NCBI RefSeq assembly: GCF_009914755.1
Contig: NC_060946.1
Origin: the human T2T-CHM13v2.0 reference genome, Homo sapiens
DNA length: 64,000 nt
Strand: one strand, 5' to 3'
Shown here: piece by piece, positions 1 to 15,269 of the stretch
Layout of the letters: every line of letters begins with the position of its first letter
How positions within the stretch are numbered: the stretch's first letter is position 1
Program-made: the position numbers and the translations under genes
Notes under the pieces: model-generated
Database searches by the model: none
What the model was told of the DNA's origin: nothing
What the model saw: the letters and a program-made list of their open reading frames with translations, nothing else

Positions 1-259
1 TTTAAATCATGAGAAGTACATAAAATTAAATGTTCCCTATTTCTTATTTTAGCCTCCCCTTTTAAGCATTTTATTTATGTATGTATGAATGTATATGTAA
101 TATATGTTGTAGGTCATATTGAGTATTTATGATATGCTAGGCACAGGCACACTGTATTCCTGGGAATTACAATGGTCATCAGTCAAAACCCCTGCCACTA
201 GAGCTGCATGGCCTTGTGTTATTTGGAGAAGCCATCATTTCTTTAAGTTCCCTCTCATG

Positions 260-495
260 AGAGGCAGTGGAATGTGATGGTGGTGGGAGCTCAAGCTCTA
301 TATTCGTATCCCAGCCCTGCCAGCAACTGTGCTGAAATCTTACTCAACTTCACTGTGCCTCCGCCTCCTTATCTGCAGGCTGGAGATGTGTCTCATCCCC
401 ATTTAACAGAGCTGTTGTGAGCATCACACGTGGTGATACACGTAGGGTGCTATACTTGTGGGTGGCACATGGCAAGCACCTGGTAAATGGTAGCT
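260..495 (+). mobile_element. MIR SINE remnant
   Basis: Degenerate MIR core (aacttcactgtgcctc...cttatctgc...gttgtgagcatca). Confidence 0.65.
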
Positions 496-662
496 CCCAC
501 TGAGGGACGTTTAGGTTATCATTCGTACTTTTATAAATCTAAAAATTGCCTTGTATACATTTTTGCACACTTACACTTTAGAATCTTTAAAAAAAATTTG
601 GCTACCTTTCTGTTGTGAAGTTTTGCTTTTAGTGGCTTTGTTAGAGTGCTGTGAAAAACTAG

Positions 663-1113
<451 letters not shown>

Positions 1114-1127
1114 TCCATTTTCAAATA

Positions 1128-1361
1128 CAGGTTGAGAATCCCGAATCTGAAAATCCAAAATGCTCTACAACCCAAAATGCTCCAAAATCTGAAACTTTTT
1201 GAGCACCAGCACGATACTGAGAGTGCTCATTGGAGTATTTCGGATTTCAGATTTTCAGATTCAGGATGCTCAACCAGTAAATTTCATGCAACTATTTCAG
1301 AATCCGAAAAAGTTTGAAACACTTCTGTTCCCAGACATTTCAATAAGGAATACTCAATTTG
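1128..1361. mobile_element. Tigger4a/MER46A-like non-autonomous DNA transposon
   Basis: CAGGTTGAGAATCCC...GAATACTCAATTTG terminal inverted repeats, TA flanks, internal AATCCGAAA repeats. Confidence 0.85.
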
Positions 1362-2868
1362 TAATACCATTTTAGAATAGTTAGGCGAGCTTTGCTCAGG
1401 TTTGAAAGGGTCACGTAATGTTAATCACTAGGAAATACTTTTGTCTCAAGTAGTGTAAGCCAAGAAAATACTGTCTTGAGAACTTTGCCTGATGAGCTTT
1501 GAATGTCAGAGAAAGGAATAATATTAATTCCTACTTCTAGTTGAGTTAAAGTCATTTAATTTGATGTTTTGTTTCTGTATACCCTGCTTGAAAAACCAGA
1601 ATAGGCTTTTAAAACCTCTAAATGTGTATGTGTTGTTGTTGTTTTTTTGTTTTTTTTTTTTTTGCCTTTGGCAGACCTGTTTTGCAAATGACCAACTTTC
1701 TATATGAGTTTTTAACAAGAATGTTGCCACTTGTTACTTTTCACATTTGAAAGAATCAAATAACTTATTTTTAGGGTATTATAATTACAAATAGATTGTG
1801 GTTTTCTGCAGTCAGTGGAGGAATGTAAATAAACCATTGCTGCTGTAACTATATATAAACGCATGTAGGACAGGAGATGTGCTTGAAAACTGTGAAGCAA
1901 AAAGGAGTCCATCTTTCAGAAAGAGACAACCCTTTTCTTTAAGATAAATCCGATTTATGTGTTGTCTTAAGATAACGAATGACTTGTTTCTCAGTTTTGA
2001 AATACATAGCCCACAGTGTTGGATCAACACCTTCATAGCTTCACGAAGACCAAAATATTTCCTCTGTGTCCCTGGCCACAGGGATCCCTAGTCCTTGAAG
2101 GTGTATCAGAGGAGTCCATGTGTCGAGTGCCTGCTGGAAGAGGGCCAGGAGTAGACTGCGTGGAGGGGATAACTGCAGGTGGAAGGAGCTCTGCTCTTGA
2201 CCGTTTACCTCAGAGTCTGCACTACTGGGTATCTCCAAAGTTACAGCTTGTCAGCATTGCTTCCATCCGTCTTATTTCCACACATTTTGTCTTTTCTTGC
2301 TAGCCCTTTCCTTCTCGCCCAGGTTTTCACTAATGTTTGATCTAACACACTGAATTTAGTGAGGAGGACTTCAGGCCATTGTCTTAGACTATGATAAGGC
2401 CAAGTTCTGTGTTGAATGGGCTTCAGCCTTGCAGGTTGCATTAGCTCAGTAGCAGGTTTCAAAAAATGCTGGCCACTGATCATCAGCCTGTCTTGTTGAG
2501 TATAGTAGAGAGAAGTAGTTATTGGTGATCACATGTTGGTGAGCAAACTTAACTGGTAGCTCAAAACATATTTTTGGTTCTAAGCTATGGGTGCTTCCCA
2601 GCCAGGTGTCAGGACACTCTGCAAAGACCTAATATGTCACAGCATGCCAGGCTTACCCCTGTCCAGGGTCTGGCCCACCCCCTTAATGGATTCCCACCAG
2701 GGTTGTTTCTGGTTCTATGACCCACTTTGCTCTTTCCATCATTTCATGTCCTGCCATTTGCCCTTCCGTAACAAAAGTCACCTTCATGAGAGTACTCCTT
2801 GCGTCTGCTTTAATCTCTTCCAGGTATGTCATAAAAATGCAAAAATGTACAAATTTTGTACATTTGGG

Positions 2869-3376
2869 TGCTATTTGGGTGGGGAGATGGAGAGAAGGAA
2901 AACTGAAGAAGGTAAAATAGAATTGGGAAAACAGCCTAAAAAACTCTTTGATTACTTTGATAGATACCACTTATGGTAATTCTTTAGTTATAATAAGCTC
3001 TGTATTTAAAATGAAATTTTGAGACCAAGTGTTTTCTTTCCTTATACAGCCTGAGGTTCAGTCATCAGAACAGAATCGTGTGGTGAGGCCTTCTGCTTCT
3101 GCCAATTTTGTTTTGTTTTGTTTTCATTTCCTGCCACATGGCAGGTGCTGCTGAGAAGTACCTTCAGGAACCACTGAATATTCTAGCCCCATCTTTCTAA
3201 GGGTTCGGTGATGTAGAATGCTAAAAGGGTTCGGGCTGTTAGTCAGAGAGGGAGGAGGGTGTCTAGCATCGGCGTGGGCCTCTAGTTGTTCTTTTATTGC
3301 CCTTTATGATGTGTCTATTTTGCTTTTTCTTTCCTCCTTCAGTTTTCCTTCTCTCCATCTCCCCACCCAAATAGCA
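2869..3376 (+). repeat. Perfect 40-bp inverted repeat in non-repeat sequence (2869-2908 / 3337-3376, 428-nt spacer)
   Basis: TGCTATTTGGGTGGGGAGATGGAGAGAAGGAAAACTGAAG and its exact reverse complement; FSFPSLHLPTQIA appears in ORFs 2683..2970(-) and 3218..3421(+). Confidence 0.95.
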
Positions 3377-6266
3377 TCACCTTCCTCAGCCCTCTACTTT
3401 TCATCCCTATTCGCTTCTTAATAAATAAAAGCGAATCAAAAAGACAGCAAAGAGAAAGGAGAAACATTTTATAATGCAGAGTTTTGAGCAAAATACTTAA
3501 CTCTGTGTCTTTATATGCCACCACATCTCTTTAATTTTTAGAGGATATGAATATTTTGTCGTTTGTATTTCATAAGCCATCTGTACTGTGTTCAGACTCT
3601 GTGGGTTCTTTGTTGTTTAATTATAGGAAAAGGAGGTATAGGGCAGGAACTTTTTACATACTTGTGAATTTTGGTCAGTCCTGTGAAATGTAAGCCTCTG
3701 GCATTTATTCACGGACCATTGGGATAAACCAGGCATGTAGGTTCAATTTTTTTTGCCTTTGTTGGGATGCTGTGGCCAGTAGCCAGGGCCAGTCATTCCA
3801 GATTCATCCCCTGCCACTCTAGTCCCCAGGGACTAACAGAGTCCAGACAGTGTACATTTTCCTGGCTACGGACTTGACCTTCTGCTTCCTCTGTCCCACT
3901 GCATTCCAAAAATGCTAACAAGTGACTAGCGAGCGTAAATTTTATGTGTTGCAAAAGCAGTTGTGGAACTTGGGTTTCAATGTTTGCACCACTATTTGTA
4001 AGCAGGATGTTATCTCTAAATGATACATGTGTAACTGACCCAGGGGGGCTGCCTGGCCTCCTTGATGCTCTTCTGTGAGAATAATTGACTCTGGTAGTGA
4101 CAGAGCTGCCTGCGGCTACTAAGAAGCTCTGCTGTACTTAGGCCACCTGCCATTGTTCTGTCTCTGCTGCTGCTGCTGCTTTTTCTATTTTTAATAAGTT
4201 GCCAATTACTTGGTTTTTATAGTGATACCAACAGTTCACTAAAATGGGCATAGGAAAAATGTAGTTGGTTTCTAACCTTCAATTTCACTTATCCAGTGAA
4301 ATTAATGACATTAAACACTTTCATCAGTTATTATTGTGAAAGTACAGGTACATTTTTATCTTACTGAACATCATGGTTTAGTTTTTCCATTTTGAAGACA
4401 GTATACAACTATGTAGCTAAGAGCAGTTTGCCTAACATATGTTAATTTTCACAATGATAATCTCAGGTGTGTTCCACAGATGTGATCTAATAAATTGATC
4501 AACTGTTCCTGACCACTACTGGGCCACACTGGAGTGTGCTGAGTTCCCACCTCATAGTGAAAATTGTCAGGATCTTTTGTCTGTTGCATTCACTGATTAC
4601 CTCAAGCACTTAGTAGAAGTTTAATAAATATTTGTAGCATTGTAGTAAGCAAACAAATGTAATTAAGTAGATGGTGTTCACAGATTATCCATTAATATAA
4701 GGTGAGACCAAAGTTTTGTGCACCAGTACTGAAAAGGGATTACTTGGTATTGGCTAAGGTCAGAAGATTACTGGTATTCTAGATATGCTGATTCTGTGGC
4801 TTATAGATTAAGAAAGAATTTAGATATATATTAATGTAATTACTGAAAATCACTAGAATGGTTCACTGTTGGTTTGTCCATAGAAACACTAATCATCATC
4901 AACCTAGAAGCTTTGGGATCTAGGTGAAGTCCATTACTGAATCTTGAAAATGAGTCATTAATCTGAAAATTGACAGTTAAGCATTGAGCATTTTTAAGAA
5001 AGTAATTGAAAAAATATCTGGAATCTACCACTGCCTAACAGTAATACTAGTTTTATGACATTCTTGGTTTACTGTATTATCTAATTACTTTAAAAATGTA
5101 ATTGAAAGTGTTGAGTGTTTATCATCTGGAGAGCATTTTATTATAAATTAATCAGAACAGTAGTTTTGAATCCACAAGTGCAGTAAGTTTCAATGCTACT
5201 TTGATTGGCAGAACCCACCAAGTGAATTTAGGCAGCCAGAAGGGATTTTGATTATTGGGAAAGTCTTTTTGGGTTCTGAGGTTAAGGTGGATTTTATTCT
5301 TCTCATCTGTCATGACGAAGGGGTGATCCACGCAATAGTACTTAAGAAATAATGCAGTAGAGCCACATGCTGGCTTCCGTTTCCAGAGCTGCCTCCTGGG
5401 CCTTTACCTCTTTAAGCCTCAGTTTTCTCAACTGTACAGTGAGCTTCATAGAATTTACCTCAGGAAAGTGAGGTTTACACATTTAGGGAAATGTCCAACA
5501 CATAATGAGCCCAGAAATATATTTTTTTAATTTTTTATTTTTTGTTTTTTTGAGCATGGACATATTAGATATTAATATAGTTACTAAAATATCTGATTTC
5601 TGTATGAGATGCTCATTAAAGAACTTATTGGTGTAAGTATATGATTGGGTACTGTTTCTAAAGATCAGCAAAGTTTTGTCTTTTTTATTTAAACGATTCC
5701 CTGCTTAAGAATATAATTTTTAAAAGTATACCATTATAGTACCAAGAGAAAATACTAGAAATGTGGGACCAGACCTGACAAGACCTTCATGGGAGAAAAT
5801 GTAAAATTATATCAGAAGACATTAAACTAACATCTAAATAGACAGAGCTTTGTCATTCATGGTTAAGAAGGCTCAATTATTTTTAAAAATGTCAATTCTT
5901 CTTGAATTGGTATATAAATTCAAAGTAATTCCCATAAAAACGCCATGCTTTTTTTCTGAAACTTGATAAGATGATTTTAAAATTTATATGGAAAAGAGAA
6001 ATGACAGGAACAACAAGTGGGAGGATTTAACCTGCTAGATCCCTTGCCGTAAAGCTGTAGTAACGAAGAGCAGTGTGGTGTAGATGCAGGGGCTGAGGTG
6101 GGTCAGCGCGTAAGTGGGAAGCCTAGACAAGACCGCCACGCGTACATGGAATCTTGCTCTGTGGCGGAACTGGCCTGACAGTAGGGAGAGGCGACAGTTG
6201 ACACTGCAGTTTAGTTGGGGAAATAATGGACTTTTCGACAAGTGCTCTGGGATACTTCATATGGAT

Positions 6267-6525
6267 TGCGTTAGTCTCTTAGGGCCGCCGTAACAAAATA
6301 CCACAAACTGAATGGCTTAAAACATCGGACGTTTATTCTCTCACAGTTCTGGAGGCTAAAAGTCCAAAATTACTCGACCTCCGAAGGCTCTAGGAAGAAT
6401 TGCTCCCCATCTCTTCCTAGCCTCTGGTTGCTGGCAGTCCTTCACGTTCATGCCTTAGAGCTGCATCACTTCAGTTTCTGCCTCTGTCTTCACATGAATG
6501 TCTTTGCCTTGTAAGGATCAAGTCA
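6267..6525 (-). mobile_element. MLT1 (MaLR) LTR fragment
   Basis: ttagggccgccgtaacaaaataccacaaactgaatggcttaaaac...ttctctcacagttctggaggc. Confidence 0.8.
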
Positions 6526-6647
6526 TACACCACATACAAAAATAAATACCAAATGGATTCAGATAAATATGAAAAAAATTATTTCTAGAAACAAATATGG
6601 AAGAATATTTATGACCTTGGAGCAGGGATGATTAAACAGGATAACAT

Positions 6648-6794
6648 GGCTGGGCGCTGTGGCTCACGCCTATAGTTCCAGCACTTTGGGAGGCTGAGGC
6701 AGGAGGACTGCCTGAGCTCAGAAGTTCGTGGGCACCTCTACTGTGGTCACACCACTGCACCCCAGCCTGGGCGATGGAGTGAGACTCTGCCTCA

Positions 6795-6828
<34 letters not shown>

Positions 6829-6832
6829 TATA
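6648..6832 (+). mobile_element. Alu monomer (left/right-arm chimera or FRAM-like) with A tail decaying to (TA)n
   Basis: Left-arm start, right-arm end, single monomer length. Confidence 0.8.
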
Positions 6833-7219
6833 TGTATAATAAAATAAACGTAACAAGAATGAAAAAGTTGATACATGTTCATTATATCATGATAAGAACT
6901 TAAAGTCACCAAATGACATTATGGCCAAAGTGAGAGACAAGCTAGGAGAAGATATTTTCAGTACATGTGATCAACAGAGGATTTATATCCAGAATACAAT
7001 GCAGAACTCCTACTAATCAATAAGAAAAAGACCTAGTAGAAGAAAAAAATGCTCAAAAGAAACATAGAAATTTCACAGTAGAGAAAATCCAAATGGCCAA
7101 TAAATGTGGAGGGGGAGATACAACTTAATTAGTAATCAAGGAAATGCTAGTTAAACCACAATGAGGTCCCATTTTATACTCATAAAATTGGCAAAAATTA
7201 AAAGAATTAAGAAAATACC

Positions 7220-7523
<304 letters not shown>

Positions 7524-9119
7524 AAGAAAAAAACAAGTTTTGGTGTGGTTATGGAATAGCAGGAGCTTTTACTTTTCTGGTGGGAGTGTAAATTGTTGAA
7601 ACCACTTTGGAAAAGAGTGTAGCAATGTCTAGTAAAGTTGGAAAACATGGACACTCTATGAGCCAGCAGTTTCAGTTGTGGGCTGGTAACCTACCCCACA
7701 GAAGAGCTGTATGCATGTACAGGAGGCATGCCCTAAGATGTCTGCAGCAATGTGGCTTGTCCTGGCAAAAATTGGAAACCTTAATGCCCATCAGTAGGCA
7801 AATGTATAAATACAGCGTGGTACTCTTTACATTTACATGAATTTTAGGGACATAGCATTGTGTGAGAAAAACAAGTTGCAGAAGAATAAAGTAATAAAAT
7901 TCCACTTAAGAAACTCAGAAATACAACTGAAATGTTGTTTAGGTTACCAAGCATGGTGTGGTCAATCAAGGGAGTGCTAAGTTAAGGGGAAGTTAACGCT
8001 TGTGGAGTAGGGAAAGGTGGGATTATACAGGGGGCTTCTGAGTACCGGAAAGGTTATTCCTTAAGCTGAGTGGAGGGTATATAAAAGTTATTTCGTATGT
8101 ATTAAATATGTAATAAAAATTTTTCTCCAGAAGTTTTATTATTTTTTAAGAGTGGAAAAATAACACAAATGTCATCTCCATCCAAAAAGTAATTCAGGCA
8201 CTGAGTACTTATTTTTAAATGCGTTTTGAATTCTTTGCCAATGAGAGATGCCTGAAACACGGAAAGGAAAGACCTAGTGATCCTTGTTTGTCCCATGACA
8301 TTGGCATTGAGAGGCGTCTGCCGCTGTAGACATGACAGTGTATCTCAAGAGCAGCCTGAAGGAGGTTTTAGTGGCATGTGAAAGCACCGTCAACATTTTT
8401 ATCAGAGCAACAATATGCCTATCCCCTGTTCATTTTATTATTATTATTATTTTTTGGCAACTAAGTAATTGAGCCAGATGGAAAATGTTTCCCACATTAG
8501 GTTCTCTTTCAGCTTTCATGCATGTCAGCCATTTAATTTTACTGTTCCTAATCTCCTAATGATAAGACTTCAAAATGTGAATAATTGGCTAAGAGAGTCC
8601 AATTTATTCTCTAGAACAGAAACTTCTAAAGATAGCTTATACCTGCCCCTTTCTACCAATATCCATTTAGTTAATGGATAGTAAGAACAAAATAATAAAA
8701 CCAGCTTTTATTTCTTCCTAGCCTGTCTGAACATGCAGTCATCTGGTTGGTTAGCAGTTGAAAAGGCCCAAACCTTTATCTCACCATAAGAACATGGGCT
8801 TGGAAATCAGACAAACAAACCTAGATTCACGCCTCATCTCTGCACTTACTATGAGTAAAAACTCTGTAATTTACTTAAAGGCTCTGAACCTCGGTTCAGG
8901 ACATGGTGGTAGTTCTGCCCCTGGCTTCCCAGAATGGTGGCATTCTTACGCTAACCTGCCATGGCATGCATAAGAAGCATACCCCCAGTGAGAGGATCCC
9001 CTGCTGCAGTCACTAGTTGTGTATCTCAAGAGATTTTCACTTGAATACTCTGAGCCTTGGTTTCCTCATTTGCAAAGTGGGAAGAAAGACTTCCACCTCT
9101 CTGGGATAAAGAGAATGCA

Positions 9120-9414
9120 GGCCAGGCGCAGTGGCTCACGCCTGTAATCCCAGCACTTTGGGAGGCTGAGGTGGGTGGATCACGAGGTCAGCAGTTCAAC
9201 ACCAGCCTGGCCAAGATGGTAAAACCCAGTCTCTACTAAAAATACAAAAATGAACCGGACATGGTGACAGTTGCCTGTAATCCCAGCTACTCTGGAGGCT
9301 GAGGCAGAGAATTGCTTGAACCCAGGAAGCGGAGGTTGCAGTGAGCTGAGATTGCATCGCTGCACTCTAGCCTGGGTGACAGAGTGAGACTCTGTCTCAA
9401 AAAAAAAAAAAAAA
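9120..9414 (+). mobile_element. AluS
   Basis: Full dimer; TSD AGAGAATGCAG. Confidence 0.9.
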
Positions 9415-10186
9415 GAGAGAATGCAGATGTGAACACATGCATACTTGGTGACCTGCAAACTGCAGGCCTGCATCACCACTGTTGGAGACCTTGTACCCTT
9501 GCTTGTGGGATGCCCGCCTTGTGCCTTCCCCCCAACCCCCAGGCTGCTAGAGACCTCGCTTCCTTCCCCCACCTGAAAGGGTTTAACTATAAAACAGAGA
9601 TAGAAATATCTGTGGTACAAGTTCACTACACAGATCAAGTAGTCAAGTGAGATGAGACAGACAGTGAGTATGAAAAAGCTGTTGTCTCTCAGATTCTGTG
9701 GGAATATAGGCACAGATGATGCTCATCCTAACACCAGGCATTGGCCCCCTCACTGAGCAAGCCTGGTAATGTTATTTGTTCAACATGCAAAATTTGATCT
9801 TTAAAAAACAGCTTTGAAAGTAACATGGCTTGGACAGTCTTTTTCTTAAAATTGGTAAGGGAGTTTGTATATCAGTTTCTGCTTCTCTATTCATTGAAAA
9901 CTGTTAACACTTTGGTAAAAATTATTTTCTTTACCATTTTATACGCACAGCTTTCAGTTGTTAACACTGGTGTAGAATCTAAACTCATTTACACTATTTA
10001 AGTTTGCCCCTTTGACTGCAGTGGAGACGGTGTTAGGGCTTAAATAAAGACTGGCTTCAGAAACTATTAACATATTGTTGGTAGCAAACATTCATTGATA
10101 ACCGTCTTTCCTAGAACTTAATTAAATTGTAAGGAAAATATTCTTTACCTGTCACCTTAGTCCAGGAACCTGGAAATATGCTTGAC

Positions 10187-10399
10187 CAGAGTTTCAAAAC
10201 CTTGGAAATGACATTTGGGGCTGGGTAATTCTTTGTTGTGGGGGCCATCCAGTGCCTTGTAAGGTGTTTAGCAGCCTCCTAAGCCTTCTACCCACTAGAT
10301 GCTATTAGCACCCTGCCACCTCAGTCATGACAAACAAATGTCTCTATATATTGTCAGATGTCTCCTGAAGGGCAGAATCATCCTTGCTGAAAACCACTG
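10187..10399. mobile_element. MER20 (hAT-Charlie) DNA transposon
   Basis: taattctttgttgtggggg...gtttagcagc...ctacccactagatgc...gaaaaccactg. Confidence 0.85.
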
Positions 10400-10500
10400 T
10401 CTTACACTCTTCTTTTTCACTTCCCTCCCACATTTAGTCAGTTACCAGCCCTTTTAATACTGCTTCCTGAATATCTTAGTGAGATTTCTTCTTCATCTTC

Positions 10501-10757
10501 TTCTTTTTTGAGACAGGATCTTGCTTTGTCATCCAGGCTGGAGTGTAGTGGCATGCTCCTGGCTCACTGCAGCCTCAGCCTCCTACGTAGCTGGGACTAC
10601 AGGTGTGTGCCGCCACGCCAGCTAATTTTTTTATTTTTTGTAGAAAGGAGGTCTTGCCATGTTGGCCAGGCTGGTCTCTAACTCCTGGACTCAAGCGATT
10701 CTCCACCTTGGCCTCCCAGAGTATTGGGATTACAGGCATGAGCCACCATGCCCGGCC
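10501..10757 (-). mobile_element. AluJ-like, antisense
   Basis: Alu consensus, reverse orientation. Confidence 0.88.
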
Positions 10758-11958
10758 TGTTCTTTTTTTTTCTTTTATTCTCATCGTTCATGTGTTAGTT
10801 TGAGTGCTTTTCCCATGCCTGAACTATTCTAGTAGTTCAGGAACACCACCTGTATTGAGTAGCTGATACGTGGTGCTTTACGTATATCATTTGTCGTCCT
10901 TGCCACAAACTTACTGTGGCTCTCTGGGTTGTAAGCAACCTAAACCCAGCTCACACTTTTAAACCCAAAGAGGATCTTAGAGGCCTAAGTTACTAGGAAG
11001 CCTCGGACTCCTCCCTTCTCTATATTTTGCGGACGTGCTTGCATGTGCTTTGCTTCCTTGTCCTTAGAGCCAGCCGTCCCAGAACGGGACAGCAGAAGGG
11101 TGTCTCCAGGAGAACTCCGGCAGCAGTCCTTGGATGGGCCAGTTCTTCAACAAAACTGTTAGGGAGATATCTCCATTTTATATGTCAGGAAATTGAGGCT
11201 CTGGGAGGGGGAACCCTGTGCCCCAGGCTACATTGTGGCTAATGCTGGCAGACTGACTGCAAAGCCTGAACTCTTCGTATTACTGTGTGCTGCTTCCTAA
11301 CTCCTCTTTCCTTTCGTCTGTCTCTTCTCCTGCTGGATAGTCTTTCTTATTTCAAATGTTCGCTTTTGCAATTACAAATGTGGTTGTCTAATTACTTTGC
11401 TTAGTAGGTGCCTTCCATGGTTCCTCACCAAGATGAAGTTCAAATTTAGCCTGAAAGACAAAGCCCTTTATATTTGACCTTGCTTATCTTGGAGTTATAG
11501 ATTTATCTCCTCTCATTTACTTAGTTGTACTTAAGGCTTCAGCTACCCACTGCTTCACAACTTAATGCTTTTGCTTCTGCAGTTTCCTCAACATTGGGGA
11601 GTGGTCAAGATCACAGGCCCTAGGGAACAGACTTGGCTCTACCACCTACCACATCTGTGACCTTGGACCCTGTCAGACATGCCCTGCCCACTGCATCCCT
11701 TTAGCTGACGCCTGTTCAGGATGCAACGTGGCCCTCACTGGAAAGCCTAGCCTCTTAACCATTTCATTCTTAGCCTCTGTACATAGTGCTGTTAGCACTC
11801 TCCTTAGTGAGTATCCTTATTGCCAGGATTTATTATTTTTTAAATGCATACCTTTGGGAACAGATTAGTTTGGGATTTTTGTGGCCTTTGGGTATGGACA
11901 CAGTTTAAGGTTGTGATCTCTTGTGTACTGAGTTTCTACATACTTCCAGCATGCATAG

Positions 11959-12333
<375 letters not shown>

Positions 12334-13365
12334 TAATTTTTAAATTGAATTTCAGTTGCCACATGTGGCTAGTGGCTACCATATTAAACAGGCTAGGTCT
12401 CAACTGTTAGTGATAGCTTAACCTTCCTGTTAAATGAGATTTTATGTCTTCTCGTGTATAACTTCTGATATTCTCCTTCCTTTCTTTTATGGAAAACTTT
12501 TCTGTATTAAGACTTAAACTCCTGCCGCACCTGGAGTAATAAACTTGTGGGAAAACTGAATAAAGTACTAATGCCACTGAACTGTACAGTTAAACACAGT
12601 TAAAATGGTAAGTTTTATGTTATATATATTTTACCATAATGGAAAGTCAAAGAGCACATGGTGAAGGGACACAAAGCCTGCAGTGAGAGGCCATCAGGGA
12701 GGCTTTCCCAGAGGAGGCGGCACCCTCAGTCTGAGAAGTATTGATACGAGCAGTGACCCCGGGAAAAGAGATGACAAGTGGGTTCTAACTTGGACCTGAA
12801 GGGGCTGGAGAACAAGTGGGGTCAGGCCCTGGTGTGGCAGACCGAGGAGATGAGACTTGGCCCATCCAGTCACGGGAAGCCACTGAGGGATTTTAAGCAA
12901 GCAAATGACAAGTTTGGATTCCATTTCAAGAAAGATCACTCTGGCTGCTCTGTAGAAAATGTATCAGAGGGTGGCAGAACTGCATCAAGGGAGACATAAT
13001 CAGGCTAATAACAATCACAGTGATAATAATAGCAGCTAGCATCCCGTGGTGCAGTGGTTCAGGAGGAAATGATGAGTGCCTGGGAGGCTGCATAGAGTGC
13101 AGTGATCGCACAGCTAGTAAATGATGGGCTTTGGAAAGATGCCAAGATTTCTGCTTTTGGGGGAAGTCTTTACTCATTTTGCAGTGCACTACTGTATAGG
13201 AATAGCTAATCCAAAGTCAACTGATAACTCTTCAAATATGGAAAAAGAACTCGGGTTCATATGACAAATAATGAGAGAATAATATGTAAGCTCTCTTCCT
13301 TAAAAAAATAATGTAGACAGGTACCGAGGAGAAAGATGCCTGTGGCTATAAATAAAGGGGTAGCA

Positions 13366-13807
<442 letters not shown>

Positions 13808-13929
13808 TTATCAATGTCAGTTTCTTCGTTGGGATATTATAGTTATGTAAGATATTACCATTAGGGGAAACTGGGTAATGGGCATACAGAATCTCTGTGT
13901 GGTATTCCTTGCCTTCTTTCTTTCTGTGG

Positions 13930-14287
<358 letters not shown>

Positions 14288-14419
14288 TAAAAGCAAACAA
14301 AAAAATTGAATAAAGCAGGTCTCCCTTGGTGCTCCTAGTTTTCAATATTTTTTACTTACCCAGATGTTTCTTCTGTAATAATTTTCTGTGCAATGATTTG
14401 TTTTGATCAAGTTTGACAC

Positions 14420-14603
14420 CTTACTAAAGAATACTTAGCTTTCTTTTTTTTTTAACCTTTTAACATCTTTCAAATAAGGATGTATCTTAACAATTCATGG
14501 AGACTTAGCATTGAATCACTTTAATTGGTGTCACTTTTTCTTAGTGGCACATGAAATATTGATGTATCTTACAATCACTGGTGTCCTAGATCCGATACAT
14601 ATG
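14420..14603. mobile_element. MER104-like (Tc2/Kanga-derived) DNA element
   Basis: taacatctttcaaataaggatgtatcttaacaat...ttcttagtggcacat...atcttacaatc...ctagatccgat. Confidence 0.6.
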
Positions 14604-14680
14604 ATTAGTGAGTCATTCAGCCATGTTGGAAAAGCACAGTAGCTGGTGACAGTTTTGCTAGCTACATTTTTCATGTGTGA

Positions 14681-15213
14681 TTTATCAGTTAAGTGTGTGT
14701 TTCTCAGCCCCAAGCCCCCATTCTCTGTGTGTGCTTTTAAAGCTGGGATCCTGCCAGCCACATTTCTCATTGCCATCTGGCTCTTCCTTAGGCAGTGCCA
14801 ACGGGGCAGGAGAGGGTGACTGCATGGCCGGAGAAGGAAGAAGGAACTTGCTGCTTCCTGTTCCCATGAGGGCACTTGAGCAATGCTTTTTTGCCCCACA
14901 GCAGCAGCAGTTCCTTCCTGTAGATGCACCTGAATCCATTTTGCAGTTTTCCCAATACTTGGAGGTCCATCTTCGCTGCATCCTCAGGGGTGTTGACACT
15001 GGCCCAAAGCTCCATGGAAGCCTCTTCCCTTTGTTCCCCCAGCCCTGGGGCAGCTCCCACCTCTATAGTACCTTAGTGTTCTCTCTCTCCCCTTTTCAGT
15101 GACTAGTTAATAACTTTATGTCTAGTTAACAATTTTTTATATTCTTTGTATGACAATCTGTATGTTAAGATGATGAGTGTGATTTCTGTCTCCTATGTGG
15201 ACCTCGACTAATA
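14681..15213 (+). mobile_element. LTR33-like ERVL solo LTR
   Basis: gctgggatcctgccagccacatttc...ttaggcagtgccaa...; end tttctgtctcctatgtggacctcgactaatac. Confidence 0.7.
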
Positions 15214-15269
15214 CCTCGTGAACAGAGCCACCAGCTCAGCATGGGCTGCATCTCAGCTTCTCCTTCATA

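Noticed and set aside
1128-1361. Long self-complementary region
   Set aside because: Explained by Tigger4a/MER46 inverted repeats
14531-15102. Four overlapping ORFs of 90-141 aa
   Set aside because: They lie in an LTR33-like remnant; no recognisable protein
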